From contig JAHJCH010000337.1 of NCBI GenBank assembly GCA_018813065.1, forward strand, positions 1 through 62,945: DNA of 62,945 nucleotides, written 5' to 3'. How positions within the stretch are numbered: position 1 is the first letter of the stretch; each line of letters starts with the position of its first letter. A model generated the notes under the pieces. It had not been told where the DNA came from and ran no database searches. It saw nothing but the letters and a program-made list of their open reading frames with translations. The translations under genes and the position numbers were made by a program. Source of the stretch: Myxococcota bacterium (lineage in GTDB: Bacteria; Myxococcota_A; Bradymonadia; UBA7976; UBA1532). Below are positions 23,820-32,234 of the stretch, piece by piece.

Positions 23820-26800
23820 ATGCGCGCATGGAGAGTTTTACCGTTGTTCCTCCTCACCCTCTGGGGCTGCTCAGGGGGCGAGGAGGAGGCGGCGCCCAGC
23901 TGCCTCGATCTCTGCGTCGAGGGCGCCGTGCAGTGCAACGGCGACAGCCTGGAGACGTGCAGGCGATCCGAGGACGGCTGCCTCGCCTGGTGGGGTGAGC
24001 CCTGCCCTGGGGGGGAGTCGTGCCAAGGGGGGGTCTGCGGCGCCTGCGTCTCCACCTGCGCTCCGGGCACGGCGCGCTGCGAGGGCGACGCGGTGATGCG
24101 CTGCTTCGCCCAGAGCGCGCAGTGCTACATCTGGGGTCCGGCGGAGGCCTGCGCGGCGGGAGAGTCCTGCTCAGCTGGTCAGTGCGCGGCGGGCTGCGTC
24201 GATGAGTGCGCCGAGGGTCAGACGATCTGCGCGGAGGGCGGCGTCAAGGCCTGCGGCGCCTTTGACGCCGATCCCTGTCGAGACTGGGGGCCTGTGACCG
24301 CCTGCGCGGCGGGCGAGAGCTGCTCAAGCGGCGCCTGCGCGGCGGGCTGCGCCGATGAGTGCGTGGAGGGGACCCAGGTCTGCGACGGCGACGCCTTTAA
24401 GCGCTGCGGGGGCTTTGACGCCGATGCGTGTACAGAGTGGAGCGAGCTGACCCCCTGCGGCGTGGGTGAGTCTTGCAGCGCTGGCGCCTGCGCGCCCATC
24501 GAGTCCTGCACCGATGAATGCGTGGAGGGCGTCACGCAGTGCTCCAATGACAGCGCGGGCGTGCGCGCCTGCGGGCAGTTCGATGAGGACCCCTGCGCGG
24601 ACTGGGGGCCGACGGCGCCTTGCGCGGCGGGGGAGACGTGCTCTCAAGGCGCCTGCGCGGCCACCTGCGCCGATGAGTGCACCGCGGGCACACAGATCTG
24701 CGACGGCGACGCCTTTAAGACCTGCGGGCAGTTTGACGCCGATCCCTGCGATGAGTGGAGCGCCTTGACCCTCTGCGCGGAGGGGGAGTCTTGCAGCGCC
24801 GGCGAGTGTAACCCCGTCGCCGCCTGTGAGGATGAGTGCGTCGCTGGCGGCGTGCGCTGCTCCAGCGACAGCGCGGGCGTGCGCAGGTGCGGGCAGTTCG
24901 ACGGCGACGCCTGCGCCGACTGGAGCCCCGTCGAGCCCTGCCCTGCGGGGCAGACGTGCTCCCAGGGCGCCTGCGCGGCCACCTGCGCCGATGAGTGCGT
25001 GGCGGGCAGCCGCGCCTGTGAGGGGGACGCCTTTAAGAGCTGCGGGCAGCTCGACGGCGACGCCTGCTTGGAGTGGAGCGCCTTGACGCCGTGCGCGGCG
25101 GGGGAAACCTGCTCCAATGGACAGTGCTCCGCGACCTGCGTTGACGAGTGCGCTCAAGGCGCGCTGCGCTGCGCGGAGGAGGCCAATGGGCTGATCCGCT
25201 GCGGCCAGGCCGATGATGATCCGTGCCTGGACTGGGGCGAGGTGGCGCTGTGCGCGGCGGGAGAGACGTGCTCAAACCAAGCCTGCGCGGCGGTCTGCTC
25301 CGATGAGTGCGCGGCGGGCAGCCGCCGCTGCGTGGAGGGGGGCGTGGCCCAGTGCGGCGACTTCGACGCCGATGACTGCTTGGAGTGGAGCCGCCCCAGC
25401 CCCTGCGACGTCGGCGAGGTCTGCGCGGGGGGCGTGTGTGAGCAGAGCTGTGAGCACGCCTGCCCGGCGGGGCAGCGCCGCTGCGCGGAGGGGGGCGTGC
25501 AGCTCTGCCTCGACACCAACGGCGACGGCTGCGTGGAGTGGGGCTCGGCGGCGCCCTGTGATGCTGGGCTCATCTGCGACGCGGGCGCCTGCGTCGCCGC
25601 CTGCTCGGACGCCTGCGTCGCGGGCGCGACCCGCTGCGCCTTGGGTGGCTTGGAGCGCTGCGGGGACTTCGACGCCGACGCCTGCCTGGAGTGGTCTGAC
25701 GCGGCGCCTTGCCCCGCCGGTGAGAGCTGCTCCAACGGCGCCTGCGCGGTGACCTGCCAAGACGAGTGCGTCGATGGCCGCGTGCGCTGCGCCGATGGTG
25801 GGGTGCAAGGCTGCGGTGACTTTGACGCCGATCCATGCTTGGAGTGGGGCGTGCCCAGCGCGTGCCCTCAAGGGCTCGTCTGCGACGCGGGCGCCTGCGT
25901 GGCGACCTGCTCCGATGAGTGCGCCGCAGGCTCCGCGCGCTGCCAAGGCGAGGGGGTCGCCACCTGCGGTGACTTCGACGCGGATGACTGCCTGGAGTGG
26001 AGCACGTCCGCGCCTTGCGCGGCGGGGGAGATCTGCGCCGATGGCGCCTGCGCGGCGGTCTGCACCCCCGAGTGCAACGCGGGCGCCGCGCGCTGCGCTG
26101 CGGGCGGCGTGCAGTCCTGCGGTGATCTGGCGATCTGCCCGCGCTGGGGCGCCCTCATCGGCGAGCGCTTCGTGGTGGGCGAGACGCAGCCATGCGCGGA
26201 GGGCACCAGCTGCTCCAACGGCGCTTGCCTCCAGGTCTGCCAAGATGAGTGTACCAGAGGCAATTCTGAGTGTACCCCCAGCGGAGAGCGCCGAATCTGC
26301 GGTGATTTTGACCCTGATGAATGCGCCGAGTGGAGCGAGCCCATTGCGTGCGCGCAAGGCGAGAGCTGCTCGAATGGCGTCTGCGCTTCAGTTTGTCAAG
26401 ATGAGTGTGTTTTAGGCGAGTCTGATTGTGATCAGGCCGATAGCTTCACTGTTTGTGGTGATTTTGATGATGATGATTGCTCGGAGTGGGGGCTTAGCCA
26501 GCCTTGCGAGGCGGGTTGGGTCTGCCAAGACGGCGCTTGTGTGGGCTGCGCCGCCGCCGAGGAGGTCCCCGATGGCGTGGACAATGACTGTGATGACATC
26601 ATCGACGAGGCCCCCCAAGGCACGCTGCCGGGCTGGTGCGTCACCCAGTTCCCCCCCAGCTTGGTGGCGACCGAGGGCTTCCCCAGCCGCCTCAGCTACG
26701 GCCAGATCTGGGCCGAGGGCATGAGCGAGGCGGCGGGCGCGCACCCCGCGATCATGGCGGAGATCGGCTATGGCGCCGACGCGCCCGGCGATGACTGGGC

Positions 26801-27398
26801 CTGGTTTAATGGCCTTTACAATGTTCAAAATGGCTTTAATGACGAATATATGGGTCGATTAATCCCCCTTGAGCGTGGAGATTGGAGCTATGCCTGGCGT
26901 TTCTCAATTGATGGTGGATTGACCTGGGCTTACTGTGACACCTCAGATAACGCGGGGATCGATTACGATGCGGCCTCAGCGGGTCAGCTTTATGTTGGCC
27001 CATCGATCTGGTGGGGCAACCTACAATGGCCCTATGAGACGACCGTCGCTGCGGGCGCGGAGACAGAGCTGATCTTTGGCCGGGTCTATCAAGAGGGCGT
27101 CACCGAGCAGCTTGAAGAGAACCCCGCCTTGTTGGCGGAGGTCGGCTATGGCCCCCTCAACACACACCCTCGCGATGATCTCAACCAGGAGTGGATCTGG
27201 TTTGAGGCGAGCTGGAACGGCAACCGAGGCAATGATGATGAGTACATGGCGACGATGATCGCGCCCATGATCGCCGATGAATATGCGTTTGCGTGGCGCT
27301 ACAGCCTCGACGCGGGCCGCTCCTGGGTCTACGCCGATCGCGACGGCAGCCGCACGGGCTACGATCCGGCCATGTCGGGCTTGATGGTGGTTGAGTAG
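23820..27398 (+). CDS. giant lipoprotein: 17 tandem 8-Cys modules + MopE motif + duplicated C-terminal beta-rich domain
   Basis: AAAGGAG SD, ATG at 23820, lipobox LTLWGC. I counted 17 modules of ~50-53 aa (C.DEC..G...C.......CG.FD.D.C.EWS....C..GE.CS.G.C). These are followed by DGVDNDCDDIIDE and two ~150-aa copies containing W.WF......N.(D/N)DEYM.... Confidence 0.8.
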   Translation: MRAWRVLPLFLLTLWGCSGGEEEAAPSCLDLCVEGAVQCNGDSLETCRRSEDGCLAWWGEPCPGGESCQGGVCGACVSTCAPGTARCEGDAVMRCFAQSAQCYIWGPAEACAAGESCSAGQCAAGCVDECAEGQTICAEGGVKACGAFDADPCRDWGPVTACAAGESCSSGACAAGCADECVEGTQVCDGDAFKRCGGFDADACTEWSELTPCGVGESCSAGACAPIESCTDECVEGVTQCSNDSAGVRACGQFDEDPCADWGPTAPCAAGETCSQGACAATCADECTAGTQICDGDAFKTCGQFDADPCDEWSALTLCAEGESCSAGECNPVAACEDECVAGGVRCSSDSAGVRRCGQFDGDACADWSPVEPCPAGQTCSQGACAATCADECVAGSRACEGDAFKSCGQLDGDACLEWSALTPCAAGETCSNGQCSATCVDECAQGALRCAEEANGLIRCGQADDDPCLDWGEVALCAAGETCSNQACAAVCSDECAAGSRRCVEGGVAQCGDFDADDCLEWSRPSPCDVGEVCAGGVCEQSCEHACPAGQRRCAEGGVQLCLDTNGDGCVEWGSAAPCDAGLICDAGACVAACSDACVAGATRCALGGLERCGDFDADACLEWSDAAPCPAGESCSNGACAVTCQDECVDGRVRCADGGVQGCGDFDADPCLEWGVPSACPQGLVCDAGACVATCSDECAAGSARCQGEGVATCGDFDADDCLEWSTSAPCAAGEICADGACAAVCTPECNAGAARCAAGGVQSCGDLAICPRWGALIGERFVVGETQPCAEGTSCSNGACLQVCQDECTRGNSECTPSGERRICGDFDPDECAEWSEPIACAQGESCSNGVCASVCQDECVLGESDCDQADSFTVCGDFDDDDCSEWGLSQPCEAGWVCQDGACVGCAAAEEVPDGVDNDCDDIIDEAPQGTLPGWCVTQFPPSLVATEGFPSRLSYGQIWAEGMSEAAGAHPAIMAEIGYGADAPGDDWAWFNGLYNVQNGFNDEYMGRLIPLERGDWSYAWRFSIDGGLTWAYCDTSDNAGIDYDAASAGQLYVGPSIWWGNLQWPYETTVAAGAETELIFGRVYQEGVTEQLEENPALLAEVGYGPLNTHPRDDLNQEWIWFEASWNGNRGNDDEYMATMIAPMIADEYAFAWRYSLDAGRSWVYADRDGSRTGYDPAMSGLMVVE
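23880..26550 (+). repeat. ~150-160-bp in-frame tandem modules (17 copies) of the giant Cys-rich lipoprotein
   Basis: Module boundaries were read from the protein (each starts C.(D/T/S)(E/A)C and ends G.C...). Confidence 0.85.
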
Positions 27399-27417
27399 AG
27401 CGGTGGTTGAGTAAGGC

Positions 27418-28632
27418 TTACTCGGTGGGCTGATCCGCGTCGGCCTCGGCGCGGGCGGAGATCATCTCCGCGTTGGGCAGGCAGACCTTGGCCTCGACGG
27501 CGGCGGCGCCGCTCTCGCCGATAAAGCGCGGCGTGACGAGATCCAAGGTCACCTCCAAGTCCGCGCAGTCACCGTTGATCTCATGGGCCTTGCTGACGCA
27601 GATGCCTGTCGTGGGGGCCAGCGGATCTTCTGCACAGAAGGTGGGCGCCTTGCCCGCCAGGTCGGGGCAGTAGCCCTCACAGGCTTGCGTGCAGAAGCCA
27701 GCCTCATGGCAGAATTGGCCGCTGGTGCAGTCGCCCTCAGCGGCGCAAGGATCGCCGATAAAGCTCAGCGCCACGTTATTGAGCAGCGGGAAGACGGCCT
27801 TATCGCCGAGGTGGGTGAACTGATAACCCTCCTCCTTGAGCTTGAGGATCAAGGGCTCGATGGCGTCGATGGTGGTCTGGTGGATGTCATGGAAGAGGAG
27901 GACGCCGCCCTCGCGCTGGCGGACCTGGTGCATGGTCCAGTCGCTCATGCTGCCGCGGAACGCATCGGGGACGTGCTGGAACGTGCTGGCCTTGCAGTAG
28001 CCGCCGCCCGCCTTATAGCACCAGTCGGCGCTGTCGATGTGCCAGCCGGTGATCTTGTAGCCACGTTCGCGGACCTTGTCGGCGCTCATGCAGCTGGAGG
28101 AGCCATAGGGGAAGCGGAAGAAGCTGGGGGCGCCACCAGCGCCCTCGATGAGCGCCGTGACCTTGTCGATCTCGGAGATCACGCGCGCCTCATCCTGGAG
28201 CTTCATGTTGGGGTGGCTCCAGGTGTGGTTGCCTACGGTGAAGAGGGGATCGGCGACCATCTCTTCGAGCAAGGCGAGGCGGGCCTCACCCTCGACGCGG
28301 TTGACAAAGAAGGTGGCGGGCACCTCATGACGGCGGAGGATCTCGAGCAGCTGTGGCGTGGTGCTGAGGCTGGGGCCGTCGTCAAAGGTGAAGGTGACGA
28401 AGCGGTTAAAGCCGCTCTGATCAGGGACGACCACCCCGGAGCAGGTGGAGGTGTCGCCCTTGAGCTCCTCCATCTCCACGAAGCTTTGGTTCCAAAGCGC
28501 GGGATCCTCGCGAGGCGCCATCACGTCATCGGGCGACGTGGAGGCCTCCTCAGCGCAGGCCAATAAACTCAAGCTGAGCGGTAAGATGAGCGTGAGGCGG
28601 GTGAGCCTTTGCATGGCGACTCTTCCTTTCAT
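27418..28632 (-). CDS. polysaccharide deacetylase (NodB-type) lipoprotein with a Cys-rich C-terminal tail
   Basis: Lipobox LSLLAC. FTFDDGPS and HTWSHPN NodB motifs. Its ATG overlaps the TGA of the upstream gene (ATGA). Confidence 0.85.
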   Translation of the reverse strand: MKGRVAMQRLTRLTLILPLSLSLLACAEEASTSPDDVMAPREDPALWNQSFVEMEELKGDTSTCSGVVVPDQSGFNRFVTFTFDDGPSLSTTPQLLEILRRHEVPATFFVNRVEGEARLALLEEMVADPLFTVGNHTWSHPNMKLQDEARVISEIDKVTALIEGAGGAPSFFRFPYGSSSCMSADKVRERGYKITGWHIDSADWCYKAGGGYCKASTFQHVPDAFRGSMSDWTMHQVRQREGGVLLFHDIHQTTIDAIEPLILKLKEEGYQFTHLGDKAVFPLLNNVALSFIGDPCAAEGDCTSGQFCHEAGFCTQACEGYCPDLAGKAPTFCAEDPLAPTTGICVSKAHEINGDCADLEVTLDLVTPRFIGESGAAAVEAKVCLPNAEMISARAEADADQPTE

Positions 28633-30725
28633 TTTTGGGGGACATCGCCGGTTTTAGCAAAACCTGAACCTAATTTCGAGAGCGCATGACGTAGCCGCGC
28701 GCGCTGCTCAGGATCAATGGGCTGAGCGCCAAAGCGCGCGCGCTCGTATGTGTCGCAGATCTCCTCCGCCAACGAGAGCCCCGGCGCGCCTCGCGCCCTC
28801 AGCAGCGCTAAAATTTCAACGTGTGTCATATGATTTGTGATCATCAATCCCCTTTGAGCATAAAAGTCAATCATCATTTGATATAGGTCCTTTTTAATTT
28901 TTTCTTTTTTGAGCGGGTGAGGATGATCAACAGCATTAATGGCAATTATTTTCTCTTTTATCGCGATAATTATCGCGACAATTGAGATGATTAGAATCAA
29001 TATGGCCATAATTAACTTTAAATCAATATCAAGTTTCCCTATGTAGTTAATTACTGAAAGTATGTGTTGATATTTATTGTCAACGCTATTATTTTTAATA
29101 AACTCATGCCATTTTATATTAATAAAATCAATATAGTTGGATATTGGCTGATAAAATAAACCGTTTTGTGTGATATGGCTCGTCGGTGTTGGGTCAAAGA
29201 TAACCCATCCATATTTATCTGTCCATATTTCAACCCAAGAGTGTGCATTTGCCCCGCTCATAATTAAAAAATTTCCTTGAGGATTCCATCTGCCACCATA
29301 AAATCCATTTATATTTCTAGATGGAATGCCCATTTGCCTCAATAATATAATAGCAACCGTGCTAAAGTATTCACAATGACCTGATTTTGTTCGCAAGAAA
29401 AAATCATTTACATTTTTATTTTTTGAAGAGGTGCTATATTTATACTGCTTGAAAGCAGTTGATATATTATCTGTTACATCATTCAGAGTTTTAGATTGTT
29501 TTTTTATGCTTTCAGATAAAACCTGAAAATCATCGTGTATGTCTGACGGCAACTGCAAATATTTTTGTTTATTTTGTGGGAACTTAAGAGAGTTAATCGA
29601 TATATCACTTAAACCATAACCATATCCGCTATTTTTAGCAATTACTCTATATGAAAAGTGATTGTTCATATAATCTAGATCTAAACTCTCTCTAAAAAAA
29701 TCATTTTCTTGATCATAGCTAATCGTATAATAGTTCTGATCGTTTTCGTCAAAAATAACAAGTGGATCTTCAGATGGCTTAAATAATATATTTGATTTTA
29801 TGTCAATGACATCAATATCAAATTGTTCTAATTTTGTTATACCGCTGTAATCTCGCTGATTTATATGAGCATCCCGATCAGCTCGATATTGGAAGTATTT
29901 TTTTTGTGATTTATACCATGATTTCCCATCAAAAAAATCAAGACTTACTCCTTTCCAATAAGAATTATCTCGATATTCATGGTTTTTTATTACTATGACA
30001 GGGTTGTAGTTATTTTTAATTAGACCAAATTCACCAATTCTAACCTCATCAGAAAACCCAGATATCTTGTTTTGATTTATTTGACTAAGTTTGTCAAACT
30101 TATTTACTCTTGGTATAAGTGTGAATATTAAAAATGAGAGGGCAATGATCAGAAATGAAGTAAAAACACTAATTATATTAAATTTCTTGCTTACTAATTT
30201 TTTTGAATGAAGGACTTTATTAATTTTAACCCTTTTTCCTTTTAATGAATCTCTATATTTTAAAAGATAGTTATCTTCCATCTCTTTCTTAAGCTGAAAC
30301 ATGATAATACTAAAGACTGAAAACATCGAGTAAAAACTTAATGTAATGAGATATATCGCATTTGAACCCATTATGCCGGATAATCCGATATTTATTAAAG
30401 ATGATATATATAATTTTGCGTAATTAGAGTTTATTTTTTCGCTAAACGAAAATTTTAATGTCGTAATTGAGAGTATCAATATAATTACTTTTAAAAAATC
30501 AGACCTAGATAGATAAAATATGACAATTGATATAGATAAGGCCACATAAAACAACTTGAATAAATTTAAAATTGGTCTATCACTTTTTGGGTCTGAACTC
30601 CAGCTGTGAATCAATAATAAAATTGATATTAAAGGAAATATCGGTGATATCCAGCTTGTTAATGAGATTAGAGAAATCCCAACCATTAAATATGTCGATA
30701 GTTTATGCGCAATAATGAATTTCAT
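28629..30725 (-). CDS. transglutaminase TgpA-like membrane protein (DUF3488 + transglutaminase core)
   Basis: N-terminal multi-TM region. Cys-His-Asp core: SGHCEYFSTV, HSWVEIW, GWVIFDPT. AT-rich except for the last ~60 codons. Confidence 0.85.
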   Translation of the reverse strand: MKFIIAHKLSTYLMVGISLISLTSWISPIFPLISILLLIHSWSSDPKSDRPILNLFKLFYVALSISIVIFYLSRSDFLKVIILILSITTLKFSFSEKINSNYAKLYISSLINIGLSGIMGSNAIYLITLSFYSMFSVFSIIMFQLKKEMEDNYLLKYRDSLKGKRVKINKVLHSKKLVSKKFNIISVFTSFLIIALSFLIFTLIPRVNKFDKLSQINQNKISGFSDEVRIGEFGLIKNNYNPVIVIKNHEYRDNSYWKGVSLDFFDGKSWYKSQKKYFQYRADRDAHINQRDYSGITKLEQFDIDVIDIKSNILFKPSEDPLVIFDENDQNYYTISYDQENDFFRESLDLDYMNNHFSYRVIAKNSGYGYGLSDISINSLKFPQNKQKYLQLPSDIHDDFQVLSESIKKQSKTLNDVTDNISTAFKQYKYSTSSKNKNVNDFFLRTKSGHCEYFSTVAIILLRQMGIPSRNINGFYGGRWNPQGNFLIMSGANAHSWVEIWTDKYGWVIFDPTPTSHITQNGLFYQPISNYIDFINIKWHEFIKNNSVDNKYQHILSVINYIGKLDIDLKLIMAILILIISIVAIIIAIKEKIIAINAVDHPHPLKKEKIKKDLYQMMIDFYAQRGLMITNHMTHVEILALLRARGAPGLSLAEEICDTYERARFGAQPIDPEQRARLRHALSKLGSGFAKTGDVPQK

Positions 30726-31759
30726 TAATTTATCCTCAAATTTTCATCTATTAAATACATTGATTGAATATATGACCATAGATTAGAGCTGCTATGCGCA
30801 ATTAAAATATCAACATTTGCGGGTTTAATGAAACTATCTTCAATCTCTTCACTAAAACTAAGAAATGACATAAACTTTAAAAAGTCATCTTCGTGACCTT
30901 CATCAAGATGTATTGTCTCTTGGTTCATAATTAGTTTAATTTTATGTTGTTTTAGTAATTTAATGACAACGCTTGAAGCTAAGCTGATAAGATATTCAAC
31001 ATCTTCTTGATTTTCATTTAGATCCTTTATTTTTGTATTTAAAAAAACGGATAATATTTTTTTATCCTCCGTTATATGATCAACAACGTATAATTCATTT
31101 TTTTTCGCAGATATTTTCCAATTTATTAGATGAAGCGAATCATTTTCCCTATATTTTCTAATTAAAAATGGATCATTTTCTTTGATTTTATTTTTATTGA
31201 TTAGTTGTTCAAAGAACAAATCACTTAAATCGATCAGTCTTGGGAAGACAATTAAATCTGATCCTTGGCTAAACCTGTAAGTCTTCAAAAAGAAGGAAAA
31301 TGGAAATCGAGTGCCAATTTTAATGTATTTATATTTGTATAAGCCTCTTTTGGGGATTTCAAATCGATAATTTGTCTCTTGGTTTGTTTTAGGCGGTATC
31401 TTGAGGAAATAACATCTCTTGGCGATATGGCTTTGCTCAATCCCGTCCTCTACCTGCACGCTGAACGAGGGCATCCAACGCTTCTCATTGCGCAGATCAA
31501 TGGAGACGAGGAAGGGCGTCGCCGCGAAGACTTGACTGGGGAGGCGCCGCGTGGCCTTGAGGCCCTTGAGGGTCCACTCTGAGAGCAGCCCGCTGACGAT
31601 GATCATCGCGAGGAGATGACACAGCAGCAGGTGAAGCACGTCGTTGCCCGTGCTCACCGCGCCGAAGCCAATGGTGAGGGTGATGACGCCGAGGTAGCGC
31701 CCCTCTTGGGTGAGGTGCAGGCTGCGGCGTGGGCGATCAGCGCGCGAGCGCCGCCTCAG
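30725..31759 (-). CDS. DUF58-family protein (5' end unresolved)
   Basis: Two N-terminal TM helices, then YRENDSLHLINWKISAKKNELYVVDH, which is typical of DUF58. The track ORF extends to 31984 but overlaps rpsN. Between the rpsN stop and the first TM helix I found only in-frame CTG codons (31759, 31720). Confidence 0.65.
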   Translation of the reverse strand: MRRRSRADRPRRSLHLTQEGRYLGVITLTIGFGAVSTGNDVLHLLLCHLLAMIIVSGLLSEWTLKGLKATRRLPSQVFAATPFLVSIDLRNEKRWMPSFSVQVEDGIEQSHIAKRCYFLKIPPKTNQETNYRFEIPKRGLYKYKYIKIGTRFPFSFFLKTYRFSQGSDLIVFPRLIDLSDLFFEQLINKNKIKENDPFLIRKYRENDSLHLINWKISAKKNELYVVDHITEDKKILSVFLNTKIKDLNENQEDVEYLISLASSVVIKLLKQHKIKLIMNQETIHLDEGHEDDFLKFMSFLSFSEEIEDSFIKPANVDILIAHSSSNLWSYIQSMYLIDENLRIN

Positions 31760-31790
31760 CCCAGGCCATGAGCCGCGGTGAGGTGGACCC

Positions 31791-32096
31791 TCACCAGCTG
31801 GCCTTGACGACCCCAGGGAGGTTGCCCTTGAGCGCCTCTTGACGCAGGGAGATGCGTGAGAGCCCAAACTTGCGGTAGTAGCCGCGCGCGCGGCCAGTAA
31901 GGTGACAACGATTGACGATCCGCGTGGCGCTGGCGTCACGCGGCATCTTCGCCAGCTTGGCCTGAGCCTCCCACTTCTCCTCAAGGGTCGTCTCAGGGTT
32001 CTTGATGACCGCGATCAGCGCTTGACGGTGCTCGGCGTGCTTAGCGGTGAGCGCGCGGCGCTGCTTGTTCTTCGCGATGCTGCTCTTCTTAGCCAT
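31791..32096 (-). CDS. rpsN: 30S ribosomal protein S14 (long, non-zinc form)
   Basis: MAKKSSIAKNKQRR...NRCHLTGRARGYYRKFGLSRISLRQEALKGNLPGVVKASW is a full-length S14 signature. Confidence 0.93.
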   Translation of the reverse strand: MAKKSSIAKNKQRRALTAKHAEHRQALIAVIKNPETTLEEKWEAQAKLAKMPRDASATRIVNRCHLTGRARGYYRKFGLSRISLRQEALKGNLPGVVKASW

Positions 32097-32234
32097 ATCG
32101 AGGGGGCTCCCTTGGGGGCTTACGCCCGAGATTCAAAATCGCCGCGCATTGTGCATAAGTGTCTCTCCCTTGGCAACCTCTGTTTGCGCGACGATCCACA
32201 GAGGCCAAGGCGCCTGATCTCAGCGGCTTAGGAC

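Noticed and set aside
28805-31420. The AT-rich blocks as assembly or contamination chimeras.
   Set aside because: The reading frames, catalytic motifs and overlapping stop/start junctions run seamlessly across both composition boundaries, which random mis-joins would not give. Read-level verification is still required, as listed in the findings.
31760-31984. N-terminal extension of the DUF58 ORF (the track start at 31984).
   Set aside because: It overlaps the well-supported rpsN gene in another frame and encodes an Arg/Ser/Pro-rich string. The true DUF58 start must lie downstream of 31791.
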